64,000 nucleotides of DNA from a virus. Below, one piece after another: positions 1 to 6,316 of this stretch (the stretch's first letter is position 1; the number at the start of each line of letters is the position of its first letter). Location of the stretch: positions 1 through 64,000 of IMG/VR virus record IMGVR_UViG_3300018422_000001; one strand, given 5' to 3'. The notes under the pieces are model-generated. The model was not told where the DNA came from, did no database searches, and saw nothing but the letters and a program-made list of their open reading frames with translations. The position numbers and the translations under genes are program-made.

Positions 1-187
1 CGGCGCCCTCGAGCCCGGCGCCCTCGAGCCCGGCGCCCTCGAGCCCGGCGCCCTCGAGCCCGGCGCCCTCGAGCCCGGCGCCCTCGAGCCCGGCGCCCTC
101 GAGCCCGGCGCCCTCGAGCCCGGATCCCCGGCGCCCTCGAGCCCGGCGGTCGCGGCCCGGCGCCCTCGAGCCCGGCGCCCTCGAGCC
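1..187. repeat. 15-bp tandem repeat array, unit CGGCGCCCTCGAGCC
   Basis: 8 perfect head-to-tail copies at 1..120, more copies at 129..143, 158..172, 173..187. The window starts inside the array. Related degenerate GC-rich words continue to about 330. Confidence 0.95.
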
Positions 188-330
188 CGGCTGCCGCCCG
201 CGGCTCGCGCGACCCTGTCAGAGCCGCGCCCGAGCCTGCCCGCGCCGCTCGAGAGCCCGAGAGGCCGCCCGCGCCGGGCTACAGAGCCCGCGCCGCTCGA
301 GAGCCCCGCGGCCCTCGAGCCCGGCTCGTC

Positions 331-564
331 TCAGGCGGCTTTGAGCTTGCGGCCGACCGCGATAACCGTCTGCCGGCTGCCGAAGTTCAGCTCTGCGATA
401 AGCGACCGCGACCATTCGGTTTCCGCGATCGCGAGAAGCGTCTTTGCGAGCGTCACGATGGCGGCCTGACACACGGTCGACTCGGCGCCCTCGCCATCCT
501 CGTCGGCGGCGTTGATCTGAGATACGAGGTTCGTCGCGGTGGTCTTGAGCGTCGTCTTGTTCAC
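331..564 (-). CDS. small hypothetical protein (77 aa from GTG 564; ORF stays open to 591)
   Basis: ORF track 331..591. GTG at 564 lies 23 nt downstream of the Box B TAGTGT, identical spacing to gene 18032..18220. Confidence 0.5.
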   Translation of the reverse strand: MNKTTLKTTATNLVSQINAADEDGEGAESTVCQAAIVTLAKTLLAIAETEWSRSLIAELNFGSRQTVIAVGRKLKAA

Positions 565-580
565 ACCCTTATCGTGCGCT

Positions 581-597
581 ATCCGGGACACTAGCGC
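581..597 (-). promoter_or_regulatory. Box B motif copy 1 (GCGCTAGTGTCCCGGAT in gene orientation)
   Basis: ATCCGGGACACTAGCGC on + strand, identical at 18237..18253 and 18381..18397, one mismatch at 33824..33840. Always upstream of a minus-strand gene. Confidence 0.55.
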
Positions 598-644
598 AAG
601 GCTAGGCGCTCCCTATCGCACCGATTTTGGGGCTCGTGTAGGTA

Positions 645-683
645 TGAAATACCGCTTGCGTCTTTCAAGACCGGAGCTAGTCT
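645..683 (+). promoter_or_regulatory. Box A promoter/operator copy 1
   Basis: TGAAATACCGCTTGCGTCTTTCAAGACCGGAGCTAGTCT. TAGTCT ends 9 nt before ATG 693. Confidence 0.6.
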
Positions 684-692
684 CAAATACAG

Positions 693-1004
693 ATGGACAC
701 CAACGAGAAAACGCAGTCGTTCGAAGTCACGGTCGAAGCTTTCGTCGCCAAGCTCAATGCTCGCTCGGCAGAGCTTGCCGCGGCGGGCAAGAGCCCTCTT
801 TACAAGAGCTTCGGCTACACCATGGGACCTAAGCACGCGCGGATCTTCTCGATTTGCGGCAGCTCGCGATCCTCGCGGGCATTCTTCAGTCGTGACGGCT
901 TGATCCGACGCGCCGACAGCTGGAAAGCGGCGGGCCGTGTGCTCGGTTCGCACGACAGCGACGGTGCTTTTGCCTACGTTCTCGGCATCTATCTCAGCTA
1001 TTGA
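693..1004 (+). CDS. small early protein, unknown function (103 aa, MDTNEK...)
   Basis: ORF track. Start coupled to Box A copy 1. Stop abuts Box A copy 2. Confidence 0.6.
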   Translation: MDTNEKTQSFEVTVEAFVAKLNARSAELAAAGKSPLYKSFGYTMGPKHARIFSICGSSRSSRAFFSRDGLIRRADSWKAAGRVLGSHDSDGAFAYVLGIYLSY

Positions 1005-1043
1005 TGAAATAGTGCTAGCGCTTTTCAAAGACTCAGCTAGGTT
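1005..1043 (+). promoter_or_regulatory. Box A promoter/operator copy 2
   Basis: TGAAATAGTGCTAGCGCTTTTCAAAGACTCAGCTAGGTT. TAGGTT ends 6 nt before ATG 1050. Confidence 0.6.
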
Positions 1044-1049
1044 CAAGTC

Positions 1050-1829
1050 ATGGACAGCAAGGCAACACGGTCTCTCAACAAGCAATCGGTCGGCGTCGTC
1101 GCGGTGGCGATGTATGGCAAGCGTCGCGAGAAGTTTCTCGCGAGTGTCGCTGTGATCAACGAATCGCTCGCACAAGGCGCCTGGATCAAGCGCGGCTCGG
1201 CAAAAGCCGACGTTGGTTTCTATCAGGGCCTCGAGTCGAAACAGCGCAGAATGCAGCCCTTCCGGCTCGAGATGTGCGTGAATTACGGCCAAGCTTTCGC
1301 AGAAGAGCTGACTGATGAGATGTGCACGCAAACGGCGAATCCGCGCGTGTTGCGCGCCTGGGTTTCGCTCTGCAGCGAGGTTGCCGCCGCCCGTAAGCTT
1401 CTCGACGCGGCCCGCCCGCGACCGGTTGTGACGGCGATCGGGCTCTCGCCGAAAGTCACCAAGACGTTTCAAGAGTGCAATCTCGATCTCGACAGCACGA
1501 CGATCGCGCCTGCAGAAATCGAGCGCTGCGAGGTCCAGCGCCGACACTCGGTGACGGGCGAACCGTGTTTCACGGCGGCGGGCGTGCCTGAGATGGAGGT
1601 GTTTTACCGAGTCAAGTGGTCGACGGGAATCGCGTTGCACGTGAGCCGCTTCTCGTACAGCAACGGCTGCGAGGCGTGTGGCAAGTCGATTCCGAGCGGT
1701 CGATTCGTGCCGATCGAGGCCGACTGCCGCAAGCTTGGCAAGCGGATCGGGATGTGGGTCGGCTGCGATTGCGCGCGGAACATCTTTGGGATCAAGGACA
1801 TCGGGATCGGCCGAACCGAGGCGGTCTGA
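1050..1829 (+). CDS. early protein with C-terminal Cys-rich (Zn-ribbon-like) module (259 aa)
   Basis: ORF track. Leaderless-type start after Box A. C-terminal CEACGKSIPSGRFVPIEADCRKLGKRIGMWVGCDCARNIFG. Confidence 0.65.
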   Translation: MDSKATRSLNKQSVGVVAVAMYGKRREKFLASVAVINESLAQGAWIKRGSAKADVGFYQGLESKQRRMQPFRLEMCVNYGQAFAEELTDEMCTQTANPRVLRAWVSLCSEVAAARKLLDAARPRPVVTAIGLSPKVTKTFQECNLDLDSTTIAPAEIERCEVQRRHSVTGEPCFTAAGVPEMEVFYRVKWSTGIALHVSRFSYSNGCEACGKSIPSGRFVPIEADCRKLGKRIGMWVGCDCARNIFGIKDIGIGRTEAV

Positions 1830-1863
1830 AATCGACGCGAAGGGCCTCGACAACGGGGCCCGC

Positions 1864-2157
1864 ATGCGGGACACTAAGAGCATGGCCACGAAGACGAAGA
1901 AACTCAGGATCGTGCTCGCGAAACTCGTCGATGACGTCGAGGTGATCTCGGCCGGTGCTCGCGACCTCGGAGAGGCGCCGACTCTCGCGGCGATCAAGCG
2001 CGCGGTCGCGGTCGTCTGGAAGTTGAGCGGGACAGAGACCGACCTCGAGAAGGCGCGGAAGTTCGCGGCGATTGAGGGTTACACTGTGCTTGTCTACAAG
2101 ACGAGCGAGCGCAATCCGCTCGAGCGGGCCCGCGCGGAGATCTCGGCTGCCGGCTGA
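1864..2157 (+). CDS. small hypothetical protein (97 aa; alternative ATG 1882)
   Basis: In-frame part of ORF 1678..2157 downstream of the 1050..1829 stop. No own Box A, so probably co-transcribed. Confidence 0.45.
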   Translation: MRDTKSMATKTKKLRIVLAKLVDDVEVISAGARDLGEAPTLAAIKRAVAVVWKLSGTETDLEKARKFAAIEGYTVLVYKTSERNPLERARAEISAAG

Positions 2158-2181
2158 TTCTCGAGCGGCTGCCGCAAGTTA

Positions 2182-2220
2182 TGAAATACCGCTAGCGCTT
2201 TTCAAGGCCCGCGCTAGAGT
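2182..2220 (+). promoter_or_regulatory. Box A promoter/operator copy 3
   Basis: TGAAATACCGCTAGCGCTTTTCAAGGCCCGCGCTAGAGT. TAGAGT ends 6 nt before ATG 2227. Confidence 0.6.
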
Positions 2221-2226
2221 CTAGGT

Positions 2227-2388
2227 ATGAACACGATGACAAACCGAATCGCCAGCCGCTACGAGCAACTTCTTCGCGAGCTGCAGAGCGACATGTGCGA
2301 CCTCGTTGCGAGTGGCGACATGACCGACGTCGAGGCGAATGAGTGGGTCAACGCGGCGGCGGATCGGTGGGCAGCCGAACAAGGCTGA
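2227..2388 (+). CDS. small early protein (53 aa, MNTMTNRIASRYEQLL...), below ORF-track cutoff
   Basis: Hand translation: ATG 2227 to TGA 2386..2388 without stops. Bracketed by Box A copy 3 and hairpin 2403..2425. Confidence 0.55.
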   Translation: MNTMTNRIASRYEQLLRELQSDMCDLVASGDMTDVEANEWVNAAADRWAAEQG

Positions 2389-2402
2389 AAGGCCCGGAGC
2401 GC

Positions 2403-2425
2403 GCCGCTCGAGAATCTCGAGCGGC
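2403..2425 (+). terminator. GC-rich hairpin (10-bp stem GCCGCTCGAG / CTCGAGCGGC, loop AAT)
   Basis: Perfect inverted repeat read directly. No T-tract. The same hairpin recurs at 3635 and 3945. Confidence 0.5.
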
Positions 2426-2437
2426 TGCCGCAAGTTA

Positions 2438-2476
2438 TGAAATACCGCTAGCGCATTTCAAGAGCCGGGCTAGAGT
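2438..2476 (+). promoter_or_regulatory. Box A promoter/operator copy 4
   Basis: TGAAATACCGCTAGCGCATTTCAAGAGCCGGGCTAGAGT. TAGAGT ends 6 nt before ATG 2483. Confidence 0.6.
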
Positions 2477-2482
2477 CTACAC

Positions 2483-2641
2483 ATGGACGACGCACTCAAC
2501 ATCCTGAACCGATTCGAGACCGCCCGCGCGAAAGCCATGGACGCGGAAGCCCGTAACCTCTCGCAGGCAACCCAGCGCAAGCGCTGGCGTGAGTTTTTCG
2601 CGGCGGAAGACGCCCTCAAAGCTCGCGACGGCTGGCGTTGA
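2483..2641 (+). CDS. small early protein (52 aa, MDDALNILNRFETARAK...), below ORF-track cutoff
   Basis: Hand translation ATG 2483 to TGA 2639..2641. The stop overlaps the TGAAA of the next Box A. Confidence 0.55.
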   Translation: MDDALNILNRFETARAKAMDAEARNLSQATQRKRWREFFAAEDALKARDGWR

Positions 2642-2677
2642 AATACCGCTAGCGCTTTTCAATGCCGGAGCTAGGAT
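2639..2677 (+). promoter_or_regulatory. Box A promoter/operator copy 5
   Basis: TGAAATACCGCTAGCGCTTTTCAATGCCGGAGCTAGGAT. TAGGAT ends 6 nt before ATG 2684. Confidence 0.6.
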
Positions 2678-2683
2678 CAACAC

Positions 2684-2875
2684 ATGGACCGAACGCAGCG
2701 AGTGGCTTTGAGTAGCGAACTAAACCGCCTGAATCTCGAGAGGGCGGCTCTGAATCGGAAACGCGGCCCTCTCGGGCACGGCGTGATTTATCACGCGGAT
2801 CTCGCGGAGAAGCGGATCGCCTTGACAGCGCGGATCGAAGAGATCCGGGGCTTGTTGAGCGAGGGCAAGTCATGA
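2684..2875 (+). CDS. small early protein (63 aa, MDRTQRVA...)
   Basis: ORF track. Leaderless-type start after Box A. Confidence 0.6.
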   Translation: MDRTQRVALSSELNRLNLERAALNRKRGPLGHGVIYHADLAEKRIALTARIEEIRGLLSEGKS

Positions 2876-3069
2876 GCATCACGCGAGAGCAACTCGACTC
2901 GCACCAATGCGATCGCGCCCGATCGTGGTGGGAACACGACGCGCAAGGCATCCCGCTCTGTCGGGTGTGCGACAAATGCAGACAGAGCAAGCTGTCGCGC
3001 TACAGGCCCGAGATTCTGAGCGGCTACGATCAATCTGACGTCGACGAGCCGATCGATCCCGACGAGTGA
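2872..3069 (+). CDS. small Cys-rich protein (65 aa)
   Basis: ORF track. ATGA overlap with the previous gene. CDRARSWWEH...CRVCDKCRQSK pattern and acidic tail. Confidence 0.55.
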   Translation: MSITREQLDSHQCDRARSWWEHDAQGIPLCRVCDKCRQSKLSRYRPEILSGYDQSDVDEPIDPDE

Positions 3070-3268
3070 GACCGCCGCCCGCGGGGCAGCCCGAGAGCCC
3101 GAGAGGCCCGCGCCGGGGCCCGAGTCGCACGGCCGCCGATCTGCGCCGCTCGAGAGCCCGAGAGGCCCGATCCGGGGCAGCTCGAGACCGCCGATCGGCG
3201 CCGCTCGAGACCGCCGAATCGGCGCAGCCCCGAGATCGCTCGAGGCCCGCCGAACAATCGACCGGCGC
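3070..3268. repeat. GC-rich degenerate short-repeat spacer (CTCGAG-centred words)
   Basis: CGCCGCTCGAGAGCCCGAGAGGCCCG-type words repeated inside the spacer and also at 245..268. Several GCCGCTCGAGA(C/G)C units. Confidence 0.8.
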
Positions 3269-3271
3269 CGT

Positions 3272-3310
3272 TGAAATACCGCTAGCGCTTTTCAAGGCCG
3301 GAGCTAGAGT
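3272..3310 (+). promoter_or_regulatory. Box A promoter/operator copy 6
   Basis: TGAAATACCGCTAGCGCTTTTCAAGGCCGGAGCTAGAGT. 6 nt before ATG 3317. Confidence 0.6.
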
Positions 3311-3316
3311 GAAGAC

Positions 3317-3622
3317 ATGGACAACGCAGTCGCAAAAATCATCGTGTCTCAGCTCGGCAACCGCGGTTTGACGATGCTCGGCGCGAGCAACCTCGTCGCG
3401 GGCGAAAACAGCCTGACCTTCAAGATTGGCCGTAATGGCAAGTCGGTCTCGCACATCCGGATCACGCTGCAGCCGAGCGACACCTACACGGTCGAATCGC
3501 TCCGCGTGCGTAAGAGCGGCGGCGTGCCGGTGTGCAAGACGCTCGAGACCTGCGAAGACGTGCACGTCGAGAGCCTGCGACGCACCATCGAGGGCTTTAC
3601 CGCGATGTACATGAGCCTGTGA
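3317..3622 (+). CDS. small early protein (101 aa, MDNAVAKI...)
   Basis: ORF track. Leaderless-type start. Followed by hairpin 3635..3657. Confidence 0.6.
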   Translation: MDNAVAKIIVSQLGNRGLTMLGASNLVAGENSLTFKIGRNGKSVSHIRITLQPSDTYTVESLRVRKSGGVPVCKTLETCEDVHVESLRRTIEGFTAMYMSL

Positions 3623-3634
3623 GCCGCCGCCCGC

Positions 3635-3657
3635 GCCGCTCGAGAATCTCGAGCGGC
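3635..3657 (+). terminator. GC-rich hairpin GCCGCTCGAG-AAT-CTCGAGCGGC
   Basis: Identical to the hairpin at 2403..2425. Confidence 0.5.
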
Positions 3658-3669
3658 TGTGACGACTTG

Positions 3670-3708
3670 TGAAATACCGCTAGCGTCTTTCAAGGCGGGA
3701 GCTAGAGT
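3670..3708 (+). promoter_or_regulatory. Box A promoter/operator copy 7
   Basis: TGAAATACCGCTAGCGTCTTTCAAGGCGGGAGCTAGAGT. 6 nt before ATG 3715. Confidence 0.6.
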
Positions 3709-3714
3709 CTACAC

Positions 3715-3933
3715 ATGGACACGAAGCAAGCACTCACTCTGATTTATCGGCACACGCACAAGGACTACCGCGGCAAGCTCGCGGGCCGCAAGACGATCCT
3801 GATGGGTCGCCCGGGCGTCGGCACCTGCCTCGTGTTTCTCGAGGATTTGACGGCGGCGGAGATCGCCTCGCTGCTACCCGGGGCAGAGCGCCGAGAAGCC
3901 GAGCGGCTCGCGAAGAAGGCGCTCAAAGCTTGA
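3715..3933 (+). CDS. small early protein (72 aa, MDTKQALT...)
   Basis: ORF track. Leaderless-type start. Hairpin follows. Confidence 0.6.
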   Translation: MDTKQALTLIYRHTHKDYRGKLAGRKTILMGRPGVGTCLVFLEDLTAAEIASLLPGAERREAERLAKKALKA

Positions 3934-3944
3934 GCGAGGCCCGC

Positions 3945-3967
3945 GCCGCTCGAGATTCTCGAGCGGC
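3945..3967 (+). terminator. GC-rich hairpin GCCGCTCGAG-ATT-CTCGAGCGGC
   Basis: Perfect 10-bp stem read directly. Confidence 0.5.
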
Positions 3968-3979
3968 TGCCGCAAGTTA

Positions 3980-4018
3980 TGAAATACCGCTAGCGCTTTT
4001 CAAGACTGGAGCTAGATT
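3980..4018 (+). promoter_or_regulatory. Box A promoter/operator copy 8
   Basis: TGAAATACCGCTAGCGCTTTTCAAGACTGGAGCTAGATT. 6 nt before ATG 4025. Confidence 0.6.
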
Positions 4019-4024
4019 GAAGTT

Positions 4025-4243
4025 ATGGAAACGAATCGCAAGAACACGCCGACCTGGACCGTGACGGAAGCCGTAGTGAACGAGCGCGGGATGCTCGTGT
4101 GCACGACCCGCAGCCTGACCTTTCGCGCCGAAAACGCCCTCGAGGCCGACGGCATCATGGTCGGTTGGGCCCGCTTTATCGGCGCGACCGCCGTGTATGT
4201 GCGCAACCCCTGGATGCACAACGAGTACGCGACCGCGGTTTGA
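4025..4243 (+). CDS. small early protein (72 aa, METNRKNT...)
   Basis: ORF track. The first 4 codons are nearly identical at DNA level to gene 4368. Confidence 0.6.
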   Translation: METNRKNTPTWTVTEAVVNERGMLVCTTRSLTFRAENALEADGIMVGWARFIGATAVYVRNPWMHNEYATAV

Positions 4244-4322
4244 GACCGCCCGCCCGCGCCGGGGAACGACCGGCGCCCGGCGCCCGCCGACAGGGCCCGC
4301 GGGAACAATCGACCGGCGCCGT

Positions 4323-4361
4323 TGAAATACCGCTAGCGCTTTTCAAGGCCGGAGCTAGATT
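4323..4361 (+). promoter_or_regulatory. Box A promoter/operator copy 9
   Basis: TGAAATACCGCTAGCGCTTTTCAAGGCCGGAGCTAGATT. 6 nt before ATG 4368. Confidence 0.6.
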
Positions 4362-4367
4362 GAAGTT

Positions 4368-4670
4368 ATGGAAACGAACCGCAACGAGACGCAGACGCTC
4401 TTCGCCCTCATGACCGACCGCGACGAAGCTTGGCGCTGCAGCAAGTGCTCGGGCAAGGGTGTGATTGACGCCTACCACTGGAACAAGGACGGGCTCTGCT
4501 TCAAGTGCGAGGGCACCGGCGCCGCTCAGGATGCGCGCTCGCTCAAGACGGTCGAGCGGCTCGACGCGAAGATCGCCAAGCTCAGCGCCTCGATTCAGGC
4601 GCGCGCGCCGAAAGCCGAGGAACTGCCGGATCTCGCGGACATCGACCTCTCGGCTCTGATGAGCGGCTGA
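4368..4670 (+). CDS. small protein with two DnaJ-type CxxCxGxG zinc-finger motifs (100 aa)
   Basis: CSKCSGKG and CFKCEGTG motifs. Leaderless-type start after Box A. Confidence 0.65.
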   Translation: METNRNETQTLFALMTDRDEAWRCSKCSGKGVIDAYHWNKDGLCFKCEGTGAAQDARSLKTVERLDAKIAKLSASIQARAPKAEELPDLADIDLSALMSG

Positions 4671-4680
4671 AACCTACAGG

Positions 4681-4694
4681 GCCCCGATCGGGGC
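4681..4694 (+). terminator. short GC hairpin (palindrome GCCCCGATCGGGGC)
   Basis: Perfect 14-nt palindrome 11 nt after the stop of 4368..4670. Confidence 0.4.
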
Positions 4695-4730
4695 TCTCCG
4701 AGCCCGCGCCGAACAATCGACCGGCGCCGT

Positions 4731-4769
4731 TGAAATACCGCTAGCGCTTTTCAAGACTCGAGCTAGATT
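4731..4769 (+). promoter_or_regulatory. Box A promoter/operator copy 10
   Basis: TGAAATACCGCTAGCGCTTTTCAAGACTCGAGCTAGATT. 6 nt before GTG 4776. Confidence 0.6.
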
Positions 4770-4775
4770 CAAGAC

Positions 4776-4946
4776 GTGGACAGCAACAACCTGACGTTCT
4801 GGGGATACTCGAAGATCAACGGCCGCACTTTCGGCGCCTGGCTCCGCGCGGCGGGCCGCCATGATGGCAACGTAACCGCTGTAGGTTACATGGACTTGCA
4901 AGCGGCTTGGCGCCGGGGCGAAAAGCCCGCGGATCACACCTACTGA
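4776..4946 (+). CDS. small early protein (56 aa, VDSNNLTFWGYSKING...), below ORF-track cutoff
   Basis: Hand translation GTG 4776 to TGA 4944..4946. Followed by a terminator-like hairpin. Confidence 0.5.
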   Translation: MDSNNLTFWGYSKINGRTFGAWLRAAGRHDGNVTAVGYMDLQAAWRRGEKPADHTY

Positions 4947-4955
4947 AGACCTGCA

Positions 4956-4984
4956 GGGGCCGCCTAGAGCGGCCCTTGTTCGTT
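4956..4984 (+). terminator. rho-independent-like terminator (GGGCCGC-CTAGA-GCGGCCC then TTGTTCGTT)
   Basis: 7-bp GC stem, 5-nt loop, T-rich tail read directly. Confidence 0.6.
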
Positions 4985-5207
4985 CCCCGACCGAGAGGCG
5001 CCGCCGCCCGCGCGCGCCGCCTGCGACCGTCAGAGCCCCGCTCGAGACCGCTCGAGACCGCCGCTCGAGACCGCCGACCGCGCCTGCGACCGTCAGAGCC
5101 CCGCGCCGAGACCGCCTGCGACCGCCGCCCGCGCCGGGGCAAGCTCGAGACCGCCGACCGAGACCGCGACGGATCGGCGCTCGAGAATCTCGAGCGGCTG
5201 CCGCAAG
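4985..5207. repeat. GC-rich degenerate short-repeat spacer
   Basis: CGCCTGCGACCGTCAGAGCCCCGC occurs twice. CCGCTCGAGACCG units. Ends in hairpin CGCTCGAG-AAT-CTCGAGCG at 5178..5196. Confidence 0.8.
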
Positions 5208-5210
5208 TTA

Positions 5211-5249
5211 TGAAATACCGCTAGCGTCTTTCAACGCGCGAGCTAAGCT
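5211..5249 (+). promoter_or_regulatory. Box A promoter/operator copy 11
   Basis: TGAAATACCGCTAGCGTCTTTCAACGCGCGAGCTAAGCT. 6 nt before ATG 5256. Confidence 0.55.
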
Positions 5250-5255
5250 CTGGTT

Positions 5256-5432
5256 ATGACAACGACGAGCAACGCGAAGACCTGGATTGTGGCCGAGTAT
5301 CGCAGCGACGACTTTTACGGCCAGACCGAGAACCTCACCTTGCAGGCAGCACACGCGCTAGCCGAAAAGATTCGGGAGAGCGGGCACGAAGCCTCGGTGG
5401 TCGACAACCTCGCTGACCTCGAATCTTTCTGA
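5256..5432 (+). CDS. small early protein (58 aa, MTTTSNAKTWIVAEYRSDDFYGQ...), below ORF-track cutoff
   Basis: Hand translation ATG 5256 to TGA 5430..5432. Hairpin follows. Confidence 0.55.
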   Translation: MTTTSNAKTWIVAEYRSDDFYGQTENLTLQAAHALAEKIRESGHEASVVDNLADLESF

Positions 5433-5446
5433 GAAGAGCCCCGACC

Positions 5447-5471
5447 GGGCCCCGGGGAACAGCCGGGGCCC
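5447..5471 (+). terminator. GC hairpin GGGCCCCGG-GGAACAG-CCGGGGCCC
   Basis: Perfect 9-bp stem read directly, 15 nt after the stop codon. Confidence 0.5.
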
Positions 5472-5624
5472 GCGCCGCTCGAGACCGCCGCTCGAGACCG
5501 CCGAGACCGCCGCTCGAGACCGCCGCTCGAGACCGCCGACCCGCGCCGACCCGCGCCGACCGCGCCGACCGCGCCGACCGCGCCGACCGCGCCGACCCGC
5601 GACGACCCGCGCCGAGACCGCCGA
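5472..5624. repeat. two adjoining microsatellite-like arrays (13-bp CCGCTCGAGACCG x4; 9/10-bp CCGAC(C)CGCG x8)
   Basis: Read directly from 5472..5624. Confidence 0.9.
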
Positions 5625-5663
5625 CGAAATACCGCTAGCGTTTTTCAAGACTCGAGCTAGGAT
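5625..5663 (+). promoter_or_regulatory. Box A promoter/operator copy 12
   Basis: CGAAATACCGCTAGCGTTTTTCAAGACTCGAGCTAGGAT. 6 nt before ATG 5670. Confidence 0.6.
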
Positions 5664-5669
5664 CAAGAC

Positions 5670-6212
5670 ATGGACAGCAACGCAACCGAGATGTCGACCG
5701 AGACGAAGAAGATTCACCCTTTCGAGCGCAACGGGCTCGGGATCGCGCCTTTCAAATACGTCGGCTTTTATGTCTCGAAGTATCAGGCGATCCCGGGCGA
5801 CCCGAGTTGCCCGATTCAGGCGGGAAGCTCGTGCGACCATTGCGGAACCGCGATCATGAATGTTTGCCGGATCAAGTCGGCAGACGGTCGCGAATTCAAG
5901 GTCGGCAACGAATGCGTTGCCAAGGTCGGTCGCGAGTACGATCGCGCTCTCTTGACCGTCGTCGAGGCCGCCGCTCGCAAGAGGGCCCGAGTCGCCGCTA
6001 AGAGCCTCGCAGCGGCCCGCGCCGACGAGTTGGCGACCTTGCTCGCGACCGACTCGGTTCGGGCGACCCTGGCCCTGCAGCCGCACCCGCACCCCTACCG
6101 CGCCGGTCTTGGTGAGACCCTTCTCGACTCGCTCGAGTTTGCGGTCAAGCGTAGCGGCGCGGCGGGCAAGGCGCGCGCCCTCAAGACGATCAAGACGCTG
6201 ATCGGCGCGTGA
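5670..6212 (+). CDS. early protein with Cys-rich module (180 aa)
   Basis: ORF track. SSCDHCGTAIMNVCRIKSADGREFKVGNECVAKVG resembles the C-terminus of 1050..1829. Confidence 0.65.
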   Translation: MDSNATEMSTETKKIHPFERNGLGIAPFKYVGFYVSKYQAIPGDPSCPIQAGSSCDHCGTAIMNVCRIKSADGREFKVGNECVAKVGREYDRALLTVVEAAARKRARVAAKSLAAARADELATLLATDSVRATLALQPHPHPYRAGLGETLLDSLEFAVKRSGAAGKARALKTIKTLIGA

Positions 6213-6220
6213 GCGCACAC

Positions 6221-6240
6221 GGGCCCGCCAAGTCGGGCCC
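6221..6240 (+). terminator. GC hairpin GGGCCCG-CCAAGT-CGGGCCC
   Basis: 7-bp perfect stem 9 nt after the stop. Confidence 0.45.
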
Positions 6241-6271
6241 GCTCGGTGTTCCTACGCCGGATCGCGGTCGC

Positions 6272-6310
6272 TGAAATACAGCTGGCGCTTTTCAACCGCG
6301 CTGCTAGGCT
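6272..6310 (+). promoter_or_regulatory. Box A promoter/operator copy 13 (diverged)
   Basis: TGAAATACAGCTGGCGCTTTTCAACCGCGCTGCTAGGCT. 6 nt before ATG 6317. Confidence 0.5.
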
Positions 6311-6316
6311 CTGGAC

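Noticed and set aside
218-472. ORFs reading through the GC-rich repeats (218..472, 3030..3257, 3066..3371, 4816..5142, 4907..5224, 5358..6218).
   Set aside because: The translations are Arg/Pro/Ala low-complexity products of tandem repeats. They have no start context and overlap hairpins and Box A elements.
1863-1877. The Box B-variant copies (1863..1877 and 25405..25419) as promoters of real minus-strand protein genes.
   Set aside because: The downstream minus-strand reading frames are either the shadow ORF antisense to 1050..1829 or an 11-codon peptide. They are kept only as possible antisense-RNA promoters under the Box B finding.
591-1997. Long minus-strand ORF of 468 aa. Similar long antisense or alternative-frame ORFs occur at 11870..13006, 30129..30890, 31406..32290, 36827..37855, 37815..39071, 42693..43580, 43611..44582, 49738..51087 and 56506..57531.
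   Set aside because: They lie antisense to ORFs that have recognisable domains or promoter-coupled starts. They are Arg/Ala/Pro-rich with no motifs and are the usual shadow ORFs of high-GC DNA.
645-6310. A regularly recurring ~39-nt repeat separated by unique sequence, which might be a CRISPR array.
   Set aside because: The unique segments are 0.16-0.8 kb, vary in length and encode proteins starting at a fixed distance from the repeat. The repeat ends in a -10-like hexamer. There are no cas genes. A promoter/operator reading fits far better.
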